Source of the DNA: Candidatus Thorarchaeota archaeon
GTDB lineage: Archaea > Asgardarchaeota > Thorarchaeia > Thorarchaeales > Thorarchaeaceae
Reading direction: 5' to 3'
Length of the DNA stretch: 64,000 nt
NCBI GenBank assembly: GCA_011364985.1
Contig: RDOC01000001.1
Location: 320,001 to 384,000 of the forward strand
A program made the position numbers and the translations under genes. Shown here in pieces: positions 19,932 to 29,723 of this stretch (positions are counted from its first letter, which is position 1; each line of letters begins with the position of its first letter). Below the pieces are notes generated by a model. The model ran no database searches. It saw nothing but the letters and a program-made list of their open reading frames with translations, and was not told where the DNA came from.

Positions 19932-20423
19932 ATGACGGAACTCAAGTTTGTGTATGGTGACCCTCAGATATGCTCAGGATGCATGATTTGTGTTAACGTT
20001 TGTAGTATGTACTACTCTAAAGTTATTGGACCAGAATGGTCCAGAGTGCGAGTTGTGAGAGTTGAACCCGGACTGGATTTTCCCTTATTCTGCAGAAATT
20101 GCGAAGATGCTCCGTGCATTAGTGCATGCCCAGAAGGGGCGCTTAGTAGAACATCGAAAGGCGTTGTTATTGTAAACGATGGAAAATGTACCGGTCACGG
20201 CGAGTGTGTAAAGGCTTGTCCCTATAATGCGATAAGGATCAACCGAGACACAGGAAAGGCAATCAAGTGCATTCATTGTGGTCAATGTGTAGAGAGATGT
20301 CCAGCAGATGCCATATGGATCACTACAGAAGCAGAGCTCTCCGAGAAAGATGCAGACGGAAGAATGGCAAGATTGTATGAAGACCATAAGGAGGAGCTCT
20401 ATGGAAGGGAGAAATCAGCATGA
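19932..20423 (+). CDS. 4Fe-4S dicluster electron-transfer subunit, partner of AOR 2
   Basis: CSGCMICVNVC, CRNCEDAPCISAC, CTGHGECVKAC and CIHCGQCVERC; ATGA overlap with AOR 2. Confidence 0.9.
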   Translation: MTELKFVYGDPQICSGCMICVNVCSMYYSKVIGPEWSRVRVVRVEPGLDFPLFCRNCEDAPCISACPEGALSRTSKGVVIVNDGKCTGHGECVKACPYNAIRINRDTGKAIKCIHCGQCVERCPADAIWITTEAELSEKDADGRMARLYEDHKEELYGREKSA

Positions 20424-22300
20424 TAAGAGGAATTGGAGGACAGATTCTTTGGGTTGATCTCACAAAAGGACGAATAGACAAGAAACCAGTCGACGAGGAC
20501 TTGGTCGAGAAGTACTTGCTCGGGGCAGGATTTCTTTCTAGAATGCTCTTTGATATGATTCCCCTTGGTATTGACCCCTTCTCTCCAAAAAACGTTCTTG
20601 GCATTGCCACCGGTCTATTAACTGCATCAATGTTCCCGCAGTCATCTCGACACGTTGTGGCTGGACTCTCCCCACTGACAGAGATCTGGGGAGAAAGCCA
20701 TGCGGCGGGGTTTTGGGGACCGGAATTGAAACTAGCAGGATATGATGCCATCATGTTCTTGGGTGCATCAAAGGACCCTGTATACTTGAATATTGAAAAT
20801 GACAAGGTAGACCTTCTTGATGCATCTCACATTTGGGGAGCTGATGTCTTCGAAACAGATGACTGGCTTAGAGAGAAGCATGGGAAGAGGACACGTACAC
20901 TTGGTATCGGGCAGGCCGGAGAGAACCTTGTGCGATTTGCCGCCATTATGAACGACCGTGACAGGGCTTCAGCGCGCGCGGGCCTAGGAGCAGTGATGGG
21001 CTCCAAGAATGTCAAAGCAGTTGCAGTACGCGGCACTGGGAAAATAGAGGTTGCAGATTCAAAGAACTACCTTAAGCAGATGGACATATTCTTTGACCGA
21101 ATGCTTGCAAACCCCTTCACGAAAGAGAGGGTCAAATACGGTACAACAAACCTTCTAGAACTGATGAACCACATTGGGCGCTTGCCGACCTACAATATGA
21201 AACAAGGAGTCTTTGAGAAATACGAAAAGATCAGCGGAGAAACAATCACGCAGCACTACTTGGTGAAGCCTCGCGCTGACTGGAACTGCTTGCAGAGATG
21301 CGGCAGGTACACTAGAGTAAAGACAGGCCCCTACAAGTATATTGGAGGATCTCCCGAATTTGAGTCTCAATCATCGTTGGGATCAAGATGTGGGAATGCC
21401 AACATAGAGTCGATACTGTATACGCACCACCTTGCCAATATGTATGGGATGGATACCATTTCTCTGGGCGCAACAATCTCATGGGCGATGGAGGCATGGG
21501 ACGAGGGGCTTCTAACAGGCGAGGATACGGGAGGAATAGACCTCTCTTGGGGCAACCACGAAACCATTGTGAAGTTGACAGAGATGATTGCACTCCGGGA
21601 AGGCTTCGGAAACATCTTGGCTGAAGGGAGTGAAAGAGCTGCTGCAAGAATTGGACGCGGGACTGAGGAGTTCGTAATGACTGTCAAGAAACAGGAGATT
21701 GCAGGACAGGAGCCAAGAGCACAAAAGTCGATGGGGCTCGCAGCTGTCACTGCAGCCCGAGGAGCAGATCATCTGTATGCATTCCCTGTTCTCGATGAAG
21801 CAGGATTTGATGTGGAAATCAAGAAGAGGTTTGGCAACGAATACTTACCTGAGATAGCAGACCGTCTAAATCCCAAATTCAAGGGGGTAATGGTAAAAGA
21901 ATGTGAGGATTATATGGTCGTGATTGAAAGCCTAGGTCTATGCAAATACGGGACACAAATTCCTCCCGAATTCTATTATGAAGATGTGGCGGCCGCACTA
22001 AGAGTTCACAACGGGTTGAATTTGTCCAAACAGGACCTGAAGACTATTGGAGAAAGGATTGTTAATCTGAATCGACTCTTCAATGTTGCACGAGGAGTGA
22101 CAAGGAAGGACGACTCGCTTCCGGACAGACTGACCAAAGAGCCGTCCCCTGTTGGCCCTCCTAAAGGGCAGGTGGTAGAGTTGGACGATATGCTCAGCGA
22201 GTACTACGAGCATAGGGGTTGGGATGTTGAAACTGGTATTCCTCTTCCAGAAACCCTCAAGTGCTTGGGTCTCGAGAAGGACTGGAAGGAACTCCTTTAG
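20420..22300 (+). CDS. Tungsten aldehyde:ferredoxin oxidoreductase family protein (AOR/WOR) 2
   Basis: SPLT..WGESHAAGFWGPELKLAG, GQAGEN, GLGAVMGSKNVK, PEFES, GMDTIS, RGADHL and EYYEHRGWD. Confidence 0.95.
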   Translation: MIRGIGGQILWVDLTKGRIDKKPVDEDLVEKYLLGAGFLSRMLFDMIPLGIDPFSPKNVLGIATGLLTASMFPQSSRHVVAGLSPLTEIWGESHAAGFWGPELKLAGYDAIMFLGASKDPVYLNIENDKVDLLDASHIWGADVFETDDWLREKHGKRTRTLGIGQAGENLVRFAAIMNDRDRASARAGLGAVMGSKNVKAVAVRGTGKIEVADSKNYLKQMDIFFDRMLANPFTKERVKYGTTNLLELMNHIGRLPTYNMKQGVFEKYEKISGETITQHYLVKPRADWNCLQRCGRYTRVKTGPYKYIGGSPEFESQSSLGSRCGNANIESILYTHHLANMYGMDTISLGATISWAMEAWDEGLLTGEDTGGIDLSWGNHETIVKLTEMIALREGFGNILAEGSERAAARIGRGTEEFVMTVKKQEIAGQEPRAQKSMGLAAVTAARGADHLYAFPVLDEAGFDVEIKKRFGNEYLPEIADRLNPKFKGVMVKECEDYMVVIESLGLCKYGTQIPPEFYYEDVAAALRVHNGLNLSKQDLKTIGERIVNLNRLFNVARGVTRKDDSLPDRLTKEPSPVGPPKGQVVELDDMLSEYYEHRGWDVETGIPLPETLKCLGLEKDWKELL

Positions 22301-22306
22301 GAAAGA

Positions 22307-22828
22307 ATGAAAGGTGGAATCTTAATGGTATTGCACAAGTTTCAGCAGAAGATGGACATAACGGTATACGACCACTATAGAGCAGTGGTTGCAGAACTGG
22401 TGTCACTTATCCGTGAATTGGAGAACAGCATTGGCAAGGAGATGACTCACCAAATCATCTCGAAGTGGGCAGAGACCAATGCAATTGCAAACATCAAGAA
22501 TGTGATGGCAGCTGAAGACACTGCCATCAATTCCTTCGAAGATGTGAAGTTACTCCTTAGAAAATGGATTACGCACCTAGACGAGAGCATGGAAACTGTC
22601 AGTATTACAGAAGAAACCTCACGCAAATCAGTCTGTATCGTTACCGAATGCATGTATGGAAAGATCTTCAACGATTTGGATGCAGCAGACCTAGGATACC
22701 TTCTGCACTGCAAGCATGACTTCGCGGCTACTCCTGGAATTCATCAAAATCTGAGATTGAAGCGGGACAAAACCGTAATGCAAGGTCACGACTGCTGCGA
22801 TTTTGAATACTACTGGAAGGAAGAATAG
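22307..22828 (+). CDS. ATC-hydrolase-family (L-2-amino-thiazoline-4-carboxylic acid hydrolase-like) protein
   Basis: VTECMY, LGYLLHCKHDF and LKRDKTVMQGHDCCDF signature. Confidence 0.8.
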   Translation: MKGGILMVLHKFQQKMDITVYDHYRAVVAELVSLIRELENSIGKEMTHQIISKWAETNAIANIKNVMAAEDTAINSFEDVKLLLRKWITHLDESMETVSITEETSRKSVCIVTECMYGKIFNDLDAADLGYLLHCKHDFAATPGIHQNLRLKRDKTVMQGHDCCDFEYYWKEE

Positions 22829-22835
22829 CGGGAAA

Positions 22836-23090
22836 CTAGACCCATTCACCAGTTCTGCCATGCCTTGCTCTCATAGGTTCTATACTAAAATCGATATTCT
22901 CTGTCTCACAGAAATTTAGAATACGAATCATGAGTTTGTAGTCCATCTCGTACACAAGCTGTCCGGTTGCAGCTGAGCATTGAACTTCTATTGTGTTGTC
23001 TTCCTCCGACAGAATCTCTGCAGTGAACTCGCTTCCTAGTACTTCCTTGCCAAGACCTAGTACGGCATTTCGTATCTCGGCCGCACCCAT
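22836..23090 (-). CDS. Hypothetical protein
   Basis: ORF downstream of the Lrp-like gene; start MGAAEIR chosen to avoid overlap. Confidence 0.5.
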   Translation of the reverse strand: MGAAEIRNAVLGLGKEVLGSEFTAEILSEEDNTIEVQCSAATGQLVYEMDYKLMIRILNFCETENIDFSIEPMRARHGRTGEWV

Positions 23091-23166
23091 TGAAAGTTGA
23101 TAACCATAGCGTGGTCTGAAGGTGTACACACGGCGGCTAAAGACTTCCGACACGAGCAAATCACTC

Positions 23167-23412
23167 CTAATCACATGCTGCACAGACATTCGTCACTGTG
23201 TCCTTTACTCCGTCCACTTTCCGCAACGTATCCACAACAAATGCACTAAGGGCTTCAGGTGTCTTGAAATTGCATTTTATCAGCAAGTCATAAGCACCAT
23301 AGATAAGATGTGCCTCTTCAACCTCATCTAGTGCCCGCACCTTATCCAATATCTCACGAGCCTTTGCAGACTCAATCTTAGCCATGATATATGCTACAAT
23401 CATTGCTGTCAC
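23167..23412 (-). CDS. Lrp/AsnC ligand-binding (RAM) domain protein
   Basis: AYIMAK...EVEEAHLIYGAYDLLIK...LRKVDGVKDTVT. Confidence 0.9.
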   Translation of the reverse strand: MTAMIVAYIMAKIESAKAREILDKVRALDEVEEAHLIYGAYDLLIKCNFKTPEALSAFVVDTLRKVDGVKDTVTNVCAACD

Positions 23413-23547
23413 CCAGAAAATACATCAACCAGCCTTTTCTTATCCAATGACAACATAAATCTGCCCCTTTGGAAGTGTCATTGGTTTTCGGAATCAGCTC
23501 TTGAGTATCTTCGATGCTCGTTTTGGGTCTGTTTCTTTGAGCACTAG

Positions 23548-26448
23548 TCACTCCAAATACAAAGAGACTCGGCCAGGGAGAGAGAAGCGTGCCTTGCTTT
23601 GTGGGTCGTATTTTGCATCTTCGGCCTTGTGCACCTCGACCTTCAGACCGAGTTCTTTGCTGATGTAATTTGAAGAATCTCTTAACATCGATATCTCGTC
23701 TTTTGCAGTCGTCGAATGATCCCATAAGCCATTCTCTTTAGCAATTCGGTCAACTATGTTCTTCACTTCTTTGCCATGTTTGCGAAATTCGTCCTTGGAC
23801 ATTAGATGCTTCATGATGTCACCAACGATCATTGGCAGATCGGCATCACGAATGCTGTTCATGGCTTCGAACATCCAGCTAGGGGCCACGTAGATATGAA
23901 CTGTCTTGTGCTGTTTGTCTCTCTTGAGCTTTAGAATCTCTCTTATGTCACTGATTGTGGATTCAACAACAACATGTGCTCTTTCAGCTGCAAGATCAAT
24001 CAATGCCTTATCTAATCTCGGCCATTCCGCCAGTGAAACATAGTCCTCATGCCCCATCTTGGACCAGTATTCTTCACAAAGGTGTGGTATCATTGGTGCC
24101 AGCATACGAACCCATTTGTCACAGATGTAAGCCATTGTAGATTCCAGTTCTTCCTTCGGTACTTCTGTTCGGTTTTGATAGTGATTGACAATACGGATCA
24201 TCTCGTGCATTGCAGTAATCGCATAATCCCGTATTCGAAAGCTCTCCAAGTATTCAGTACAGTCCCGAACGATGGAATTTACTCGGGACAACGCCCATTT
24301 TGTGATTTCGGACCTTTTCGCCTTCTTGGATGGGACTTCTGGTGTATACTTCGAGTACTTCCTCATGATATCACTGAATTGGCGCAATCGATTTCTGACA
24401 GCAGGCACGTCCCGTTCACGCCAGTCCATAATACTGGCAGGCTCGGCTGCAGATACCACATAGGTCCTGAATACGTCTGCTCCATATTTATCGGGAATCT
24501 CAACCAGTGGGATTGTATTTCCCTTGCTTTTTGACATCTTCCCGCCTTCCATATTCATGTGCTCATTTAGGCTGATGCATTGAATCCAGTCCTTCTTTGG
24601 GAATATAGCAACGTGATGGAAGATGGCAAAGCTCAGATGATTTGAGATATGAGAGGGTGCCGTGTGACGCTGGTCGTTTGGATACCAGTACTTGAACTCA
24701 TCACGCATTATCTTTAGCAGTTCTTCAGATATACCGCTTTCCTCGACAACCTTCTTTGCTGTACCTTTGCCTAGGAAGACATAGTCAAAGAAGTTCATTA
24801 TCAGCTGCTTCGGCCTAATCTTGTTCTTAGTCAAATGATGGGCAATGGTGTAGAAGGCCATATAGATAGTTGAATCCGAGAGAGACTCGATAATCCACTC
24901 CTCATCAAATGGTAATTTGGTCCCAACCCCACGCTTTCGGGCACAGGGACGCTGCGTTAACCAGTTGAAGGTTGACTCGAACAGATTCCTGAACAACTCA
25001 GGAACTATGTCCATCTCATTTAACGCTTCCCACGCCTTGTCCTTCCAGCCGGGACTCTCATAGTCTAGAAACCATTGACCTGCAAATACTCCAACCTGAA
25101 CATCGGCACCACATTTGCAAACGACGGGACGTTGGTCAGGTTCGTAGAAGACATCCACTCGATTAATGGATTTCATCCACTCAATAACTTCTTCCTTGAC
25201 ATCCCTGATGGGCCTCCCAGAGAACTGAGCGCAATTATCCTTCATCACGCCTTCATAGAACTCGGCCTTGTAGATTTCTTGTGTCGCATCTTCAAGCTTC
25301 TCGTCCTCATTTTGGGAGTTGATGCCTCTCTTCTCGACTGCGTCCTTTGCGGGGTACTCAGAGTATCCCTTGATGTCAATCATACTGATAATATCTATTC
25401 CACGGACTGCCTCTGGCGAGATTCCATACTTATCCAGGCCTGATGGATCTTCCTGCAAGTCAAGGAGAGCAATGTAGTCAAATGGAGCATGGCCCGGAAC
25501 AGAGTAGACCACTCCTGTTGCATTATTGACATCAACGAACTCAGCTGGCAGGATAGGAATCTCATGCGAATCGTGAATAGCGCGGAATGTCTTCCCGATT
25601 ATTCTGGACCCGGAGAAGGATTCCAGAGTCTTTACATCTTTGGCTTGAAGCCGTAGCTTCTCACATGCGGGCTTTGAAACAATCCACTTCTCGCCGTCAA
25701 CCTCAGCCCAGACATATTCCTTATCGGGATGAATCCACATATTCGTGACACCAAAAATGGTCTCAGGGCGTAGTGTAGCCGCAACCAAGAAGCCATCTTC
25801 AAATGGCCATTTAATAGCAGTGAATTCCTTTACCTTGGCAGAGGTTCCTTCTAGCAAGTCATCCTCACCAACAGGATTTTGGTCCTTTGGACAATAGAGC
25901 AAGGGATAGTTGCCTTGCTTCAGGTATCCCTTATCCATGAACTTGTGATACTGCCATGTGATGAATTCATTATAGATTGGATCGCCTGTCGTGAAATGTC
26001 GTCTCCAGTCTATGCTGTAACCAAGAGCATCGAAGTCTTGATGGATGACCTTGGCAAAGAAAGCAGCAGTCTTCCAAGCGTCAGTGAATTTCATCAATTG
26101 AGCATCTACTTCTTCTTCGGTCTTGAAGTATAGACGCAAATCTCTCTTGTACTGCTCTATTGCCATCTTGTCCCCTGCTTTGATCCTGTCCACCATTCCC
26201 TGAACTGGAGTCCCAGTCATATGGGACGCCATGGGGAATAGGACATTGAAGCCTCTCATTCGTTTGTATCGAGCGAGCAAGTCACCAACTGTGTATGTTC
26301 GACCGTGGCCAATGTGAAGTGATCCGTTGACATATGGATAGGGAACAGTCAGAAAGAACTTCTTCTTCGAATCCGGATTGGCCTCAAAGACATGGTCTTT
26401 GCTCCACTTCTTCTGCCACTTCTTCTCGATTTTGGCGAACTCACTCAT
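23548..26448 (-). CDS. leuS: Leucyl-tRNA synthetase (archaeal type)
   Basis: PYPYVNGSLHIGH (HIGH), ATLRPET editing domain, IESLSDSTIYMA and KMSKSKGN. Confidence 0.97.
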   Translation of the reverse strand: MSEFAKIEKKWQKKWSKDHVFEANPDSKKKFFLTVPYPYVNGSLHIGHGRTYTVGDLLARYKRMRGFNVLFPMASHMTGTPVQGMVDRIKAGDKMAIEQYKRDLRLYFKTEEEVDAQLMKFTDAWKTAAFFAKVIHQDFDALGYSIDWRRHFTTGDPIYNEFITWQYHKFMDKGYLKQGNYPLLYCPKDQNPVGEDDLLEGTSAKVKEFTAIKWPFEDGFLVAATLRPETIFGVTNMWIHPDKEYVWAEVDGEKWIVSKPACEKLRLQAKDVKTLESFSGSRIIGKTFRAIHDSHEIPILPAEFVDVNNATGVVYSVPGHAPFDYIALLDLQEDPSGLDKYGISPEAVRGIDIISMIDIKGYSEYPAKDAVEKRGINSQNEDEKLEDATQEIYKAEFYEGVMKDNCAQFSGRPIRDVKEEVIEWMKSINRVDVFYEPDQRPVVCKCGADVQVGVFAGQWFLDYESPGWKDKAWEALNEMDIVPELFRNLFESTFNWLTQRPCARKRGVGTKLPFDEEWIIESLSDSTIYMAFYTIAHHLTKNKIRPKQLIMNFFDYVFLGKGTAKKVVEESGISEELLKIMRDEFKYWYPNDQRHTAPSHISNHLSFAIFHHVAIFPKKDWIQCISLNEHMNMEGGKMSKSKGNTIPLVEIPDKYGADVFRTYVVSAAEPASIMDWRERDVPAVRNRLRQFSDIMRKYSKYTPEVPSKKAKRSEITKWALSRVNSIVRDCTEYLESFRIRDYAITAMHEMIRIVNHYQNRTEVPKEELESTMAYICDKWVRMLAPMIPHLCEEYWSKMGHEDYVSLAEWPRLDKALIDLAAERAHVVVESTISDIREILKLKRDKQHKTVHIYVAPSWMFEAMNSIRDADLPMIVGDIMKHLMSKDEFRKHGKEVKNIVDRIAKENGLWDHSTTAKDEISMLRDSSNYISKELGLKVEVHKAEDAKYDPQSKARFSLPGRVSLYLE

Positions 26449-26617
26449 CTTGAATAGCCTCAACTAATTCTAAAGAACCACAGGAGCCAAAATCAATGCC
26501 CTCTATAAAGGACACGCAAAAGCAGCATCTGTCAATAGACGAGAACGCAATCCATCCTGGCTCACTCTTCCTTTTCTTCAGGTTGGAAGTCCCTTATTAG
26601 AGCTGTGGTTAACTTGA

Positions 26618-26797
26618 ATGGACCATCTGGTGTCTCGCAAACGATGTATGTTCAATAGATGCGGCAAGAATTGTGGATTCTGCTATGGGCCTTGTCCTCG
26701 TCATCATCCTTCGGGCAATCTGAATCAGTTTGCAGAAGCATCAGCCAAAGATGTGATGTATGATGAGATATTTCCAAATGGGCGTTTCGCCTTTTGA
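26618..26797 (+). CDS. Possible 59-aa Cys-rich small protein
   Basis: MDHLVSRKRCMFNRCGKNCGFCYGPCPRHH...; TTATTAG about 24 nt upstream; below the ORF-track cutoff. Confidence 0.25.
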   Translation: MDHLVSRKRCMFNRCGKNCGFCYGPCPRHHPSGNLNQFAEASAKDVMYDEIFPNGRFAF

Positions 26798-26874
26798 GAG
26801 ACCCCGGTTCTCATCTTGTAGAGATTGAAAGCAAAGAGCTGAAAAGGAGCGGATAATTCACGCTGTCTGATTCT

Positions 26875-27501
26875 ATGACACCCAAATGGCTGAACGAAGG
26901 CAACCGAGAATACATTGATGTGCACAGCAATCTTCTTGGATACGTCGATGTCTTGAATTTCTTTGAAGAGATTGAACGAGACTTTGACGTCCTGCACTAC
27001 TGCAACGGATCAAATGCAGGAGGCAGGTTTGTATTCCAGATACTCAATCATGAGTTCATTATAGACTTGGCACAGATTGTGAATTCCAAGATACAGAAGG
27101 AGCATATTCTTCTCGAGGTGATGGCCGGAGACGGAAGCCTCACTCGATTTCTGAAGCCGCATATCAGAGCAGAAATGATTGCCACGGATTCCAAGAGAAA
27201 CGTTCATGACATTCCATATCCAAAATGGATTGTTGAATATGAGGCCCTTGATGCCATTGATAGATTCAGACCTGATGCAGTGCTCTTGTCATGGGAGCCT
27301 TTGCTGTCTTCAACAGGGTTAGCGATTTGTGAATCAGGTATTCCTCTGATCTGGATTGGCGACCCGGAAAAATGTGCACCGCACTCGGGCATTTTCGATA
27401 ACGAGCATAAAAAGCTTGGAAACCGGTTCTCGCTGGGAAGATCTGACGAGTTTGCAGAACGCGAGTTTCGCTCTGACATCTATCTCTTCAATTGGCACTA
27501 G
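26875..27501 (+). CDS. Hypothetical protein with SAM-methyltransferase-like motif
   Basis: LLEVMAGDGSL (motif I-like), IATDS, AVLLSWEP and WIGD. Confidence 0.65.
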   Translation: MTPKWLNEGNREYIDVHSNLLGYVDVLNFFEEIERDFDVLHYCNGSNAGGRFVFQILNHEFIIDLAQIVNSKIQKEHILLEVMAGDGSLTRFLKPHIRAEMIATDSKRNVHDIPYPKWIVEYEALDAIDRFRPDAVLLSWEPLLSSTGLAICESGIPLIWIGDPEKCAPHSGIFDNEHKKLGNRFSLGRSDEFAEREFRSDIYLFNWH

Positions 27502-27616
27502 TTGAAATCCACTCCAGCGGCTGTTCAAGTAGCGTCAGATTCAGGACTCCAAAAATACTGCGTAGCTAACCTTTGTATAGCGGGACTTGCGATAGCGCTA
27601 ATGGTAATTCTTAGTA

Positions 27617-28258
27617 GTGAGCCTCTTCTCTTGGCCTGATATGCACCGCACTATGTATAGTCCCAATGCATACAGGTTCCTCCATTTTATCGAAACTCTT
27701 GAGAGTGATAAAAAGCCGGAGAAGAGAGTTCTGGATTGTGGAGCCGGAGGACCTCGACCACCTCTCGCTCTCTTTCATTTGATGGGCTACGAGACGCATG
27801 GGATAGATATTGCTGAGGCACAAGTAAATAGAGCCTACGATTTTTCAGACAAATACGGTATTGACCTCAATATTCGAATAGGTGATATGAGAGCCCTTGA
27901 CTTTGTAGATGAGTCATTCTCCTGTGTCTACTCGCAGAATTCTATCTTTCATCTTACCAAGTCTGATACAGCCAAAGCAATGATGGAGATGAAACGAGTT
28001 CTCGCGCAAGGAGGGCTTCTCTACGTGAATTTCCTCTCTATTGAGGACCAAGGATACCGCGAAGGAAGGGAGGTGGGCTCAGGCGAGTGGGAGTCAATGG
28101 AATATGGTGAGGTCACAATCCACAGTTTTTACGAAGATAGTGAGCCTGACAAGTATTTCGAGGATGTAGAGATACTGGTGAAGGAGAAGAGAATCATGGA
28201 CCTTCGTACTTACAACCACAAAATGGTGACAATTGAATACATTGCGAGAAGGCCTTGA
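27617..28258 (+). CDS. Class I SAM-dependent methyltransferase
   Basis: VLDCGAGG, HGIDIA, GDMRAL and RVLAQGG. Confidence 0.9.
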   Translation: MSLFSWPDMHRTMYSPNAYRFLHFIETLESDKKPEKRVLDCGAGGPRPPLALFHLMGYETHGIDIAEAQVNRAYDFSDKYGIDLNIRIGDMRALDFVDESFSCVYSQNSIFHLTKSDTAKAMMEMKRVLAQGGLLYVNFLSIEDQGYREGREVGSGEWESMEYGEVTIHSFYEDSEPDKYFEDVEILVKEKRIMDLRTYNHKMVTIEYIARRP

Positions 28259-28342
28259 TGCAGCATTTGCATTAGCGCGTGTTACACCTATTCATATTAT
28301 GATAATACTGATTCGTTGTATCACTCAGCAGAAGGTCTGGGC

Positions 28343-29284
28343 ATGGTAAAGGCCACGGTGGAAGCACTAGACATTGACCCCAAAACAGGAACAACTCTAG
28401 GATTTTACACCTTCGGGGAAGATAGGCCAAACATCTTGCTGATATCAGCTATGAGTGGGTGGTCAGCGACAGATGTCTATGCAAACTACTTGATGATGAA
28501 GCATATGCGAGATGTGCCACGGATAGACGGATCAGTGACGATACTGCCTGTGGCAAGTCCACTCGCTTTCCGTCTGGGAGTAAAGGTTTCACCACTCGAT
28601 TCCAAGAACATCGACACGGTGTTCCCGGGAAACGAACATGGAACAGTGACAGAAAGAACAGCTTGGGAGATATGGAGACGAGTAGTGCAGGCAGACTATG
28701 TGATTCACCTGCAGACTGGTGAACAGGCCTGTGTTAGTCATGTTACAGCACTTCACAGGGATTACATCCATGTCAGAAATCTCGCGTCCCAAATTGCCCT
28801 TCCGCTAGTAACCCAAGCCTCCGGGAAGAGAGGTACTCTAATCACAGAGGCGGCTCATGAAGGAATCTCAGCAATATGTATTCAGATGAGGGGAGTTAGA
28901 AACGGGGTAGAGCCCCAAGCAGCGGTAGAGGTTCGCGAGGCCATCTTGAATTTCATGCGGATTAAAGATATGATGCCTGGCGAAGGAATCGAAGCCGCTA
29001 GTACTTTCACAGGGATAACAAGACAAGTGAACGTCGGTTCAGAAGGCTTCTTTGTCCCCAGTATCAGACCGGGTGAAGAAGTAATCAGTGGGGACGTAAT
29101 TGGAAGTGTCCAAGACGAGAACGATGTTACTACGCCCTATGATGGTATTGTTGTTTCCATGAGTCAAATGGTCTATGTGTTTGAAGGAGATATGATATCC
29201 GAGATCGCAGCGCGTCTGGTAGAACGTTCAAAGACAAAGGACGATGACATTAATTCGATCCCACAGCCGAGAAGGAAGTGGTAG
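28343..29284 (+). CDS. Succinylglutamate desuccinylase/aspartoacylase (M14) fold protein with degenerate Zn ligands
   Basis: GSVTILPVASPLAF, DSKNIDTVFPGNEHGTVTER and a C-terminal biotinyl-like hairpin domain; HGDE is absent. Confidence 0.75.
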   Translation: MVKATVEALDIDPKTGTTLGFYTFGEDRPNILLISAMSGWSATDVYANYLMMKHMRDVPRIDGSVTILPVASPLAFRLGVKVSPLDSKNIDTVFPGNEHGTVTERTAWEIWRRVVQADYVIHLQTGEQACVSHVTALHRDYIHVRNLASQIALPLVTQASGKRGTLITEAAHEGISAICIQMRGVRNGVEPQAAVEVREAILNFMRIKDMMPGEGIEAASTFTGITRQVNVGSEGFFVPSIRPGEEVISGDVIGSVQDENDVTTPYDGIVVSMSQMVYVFEGDMISEIAARLVERSKTKDDDINSIPQPRRKW

Positions 29285-29285
29285 A

Positions 29286-29723
29286 ATGAGTAATACCGCT
29301 GACTGTACAGAACTAGAGCGGCTGATGTGCATCAATGTTGGAGATTCCCGCTTGAGAGAGAGAGGAGAACTCCTCCTAATTGGAAGCTGCATGAACAGCC
29401 GTTTTCCTGATATTGCCAACGAATTCAAAGCGAAAAATGAAGGCAATGCAGTCCTACATGTTTGCTTGGAAGAGACCCATGTGAATCAGGCGGGATTCAA
29501 GATAGCTTCAATAATACGATACTCGAAGATTTCCAAAGTTACAGTCCTCACTATAGATGGAAGTCCACATTGTGTGCAATTGCATTTTGTTGTTGAAGAT
29601 ATTAAGAAGCACTTCACTTCGGAAGTGGAAATCGAGCATTACGTTGTTGAAAGAGGAGAGGCTCTCGAAGTACCTTCGGCTGTTGTCAAACGTGCAAGAC
29701 ACCTTTCGAAAATATCCCTTTGA
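29286..29723 (+). CDS. Putative Fe-S cluster protein
   Basis: Conserved-looking Cys motifs LMC, IGSC, VCLEETH and DGSPHCVQLH. Confidence 0.7.
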   Translation: MSNTADCTELERLMCINVGDSRLRERGELLLIGSCMNSRFPDIANEFKAKNEGNAVLHVCLEETHVNQAGFKIASIIRYSKISKVTVLTIDGSPHCVQLHFVVEDIKKHFTSEVEIEHYVVERGEALEVPSAVVKRARHLSKISL

